Source of the DNA: Treponemataceae bacterium
Lineage (GTDB): Bacteria; Spirochaetota; Spirochaetia; Treponematales; Rectinemataceae
Assembly: GCA_963667725.2 (NCBI GenBank)
Contig: CAXXHO010000005.1
Span: 181,819-205,818, forward strand
Reading direction: 5' to 3'
DNA: 24,000 nt
Shown here: piece by piece, positions 23,239 through 24,000 of the stretch
Numbering within the stretch: the stretch's first letter is position 1
Layout of the letters: every line of letters starts with the position of its first letter
Position numbers and translations under genes: made by a program
The notes under the pieces: generated by a model
What the model was told of the DNA's origin: nothing
Seen by the model: only the letters and a program-made list of their open reading frames with translations
Database searches by the model: none

Positions 23239-24000
23239 GCAGACGGCGCTGGATCGCATCCCCTGGTGGCTCGTCGCCATCGTAGGCCTAGGGGGCTGGC
23301 TCCTCGCGTCCGCCATGGCCACGGCCGATTATCGCGTCATATTCGGCGCCGTATCCCGCGGCCTCGGCGTCACGCTGATGGTATCGCTCATCGCGTATGC
23401 CGCATCGATACTGTTCGGTCTAGGGCTGGGGCTTCTGCGCGCTTCGCGGCTTCGCGCCGCACGCGAAGCCGCGACCTTCTACATCGAGCTGGTACGCGGC
23501 CTTCCAATGCTCGTCATTCTGTACTACATAGCATTCGTTGGCGCTCCCGCCCTAGCTCAAGCGCTCAACGTCATCCTGACCCCACTCATCGCGACGGGGC
23601 TCATCGGCCGCGTCGAAGCGCGCAGCTTCGATTTCGCCACGCGCGCCGTCCTGGCCCTCACCCTCGGCTACTCGGCTTTCATCGCGGAAATCTTCCGCGC
23701 GGGCATAGAGAGCGTGGACAAAGGCCAGGTCGAAGCCGCCGAAGCCCTCGGGATGTCACATCTTCAGGTGATGTGCCGCATCGTTCTGCCCCAAGCCATC
23801 AAGAATGTCCTGCCCGCCCTCGGCAACGAATTCGTCGCCATCATCAAGGATTCCTCCCTGGTCTCGGCCCTCGGCGTCCAGGATATCACCCAGCTGGGCA
23901 AGGTCTATGCCGCGTCCACTTTCAAATTTTTCGAGACTTACAACGCCGTCGCGTTCTTCTACCTCTGCCTCACGCTCAGCCTATCCCTTCTCGTGCGAGC
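23219..24000 (+). CDS. Amino-acid ABC transporter permease (HisM/GlnP family), 3'-partial
   Basis: This gene is absent from the ORF track because it runs off the window. From the ATG at 23219 the translation reads MRRPRIKQTALDRIPWWLVAIVGLGGW...FYIELVRGLPMLVILYYIAF...AFIAEIFRAGIESVDKGQVEAAEALGMSHLQVMCRIVLPQAIKNVLPALGNEFVAIIKDSSLVSALGVQDIT. This contains the EAA loop and polar-amino-acid permease blocks. It overlaps the kinase stop by 20 nt. Confidence 0.85.
   Translation, partial: MRRPRIKQTALDRIPWWLVAIVGLGGWLLASAMATADYRVIFGAVSRGLGVTLMVSLIAYAASILFGLGLGLLRASRLRAAREAATFYIELVRGLPMLVILYYIAFVGAPALAQALNVILTPLIATGLIGRVEARSFDFATRAVLALTLGYSAFIAEIFRAGIESVDKGQVEAAEALGMSHLQVMCRIVLPQAIKNVLPALGNEFVAIIKDSSLVSALGVQDITQLGKVYAASTFKFFETYNAVAFFYLCLTLSLSLLVR

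Overview
The window is two compositionally different blocks joined at about nt 7440-7490.

Left block (1 to ~7450): very GC-rich, with almost all G/C at codon third positions and many long spurious antisense ORFs. All of it is ordinary housekeeping or signalling content:
- a partial folE (minus strand, runs off the 5' edge)
- a membrane PAS hybrid histidine kinase (minus strand)
- purM
- a creB-creC-creD-like operon, in which creD carries a frameshift in a G6 run
- the 5' third of an acyltransferase-3 gene

The acyltransferase reading frame breaks off and runs directly, with no intergenic spacer, into the start-less 3' part of a GH5-type glycosidase gene.

Right block (~7470 to 24000): less GC-rich, with frequent A/T-ending codons. 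It carries:
- an MFS transporter and recQ
- a convergent cadA-like P1B ATPase with a cadC-like ArsR/SmtB repressor and its palindromic operator
- an amino-acid ABC substrate-binding protein followed by a clean terminator
- the most interesting locus: a sigma-54 promoter driving a CUT2 (ribose-type) sugar ABC operon (binding protein, an uncharacterised 421-aa cytoplasmic protein, a tandem-NBD ATPase, a permease), then an NtrC-type sigma-54 activator, then a soluble histidine kinase whose N-terminal input domain is itself a degenerate copy of the transporter's ATPase domain (NBD-PAS-HisKA-HATPase)
- a partial amino-acid ABC permease, whose start overlaps the kinase stop and which runs off the 3' edge

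I propose the NBD-fused kinase, the sigma-54 activator and the cognate ABC transporter as a candidate transporter-coupled signalling system that I do not recognise as characterised.

I saw no rRNA, tRNA, CRISPR array, transposase or integrase. All calls come from reading the translations and sequence by eye; no database search was possible.
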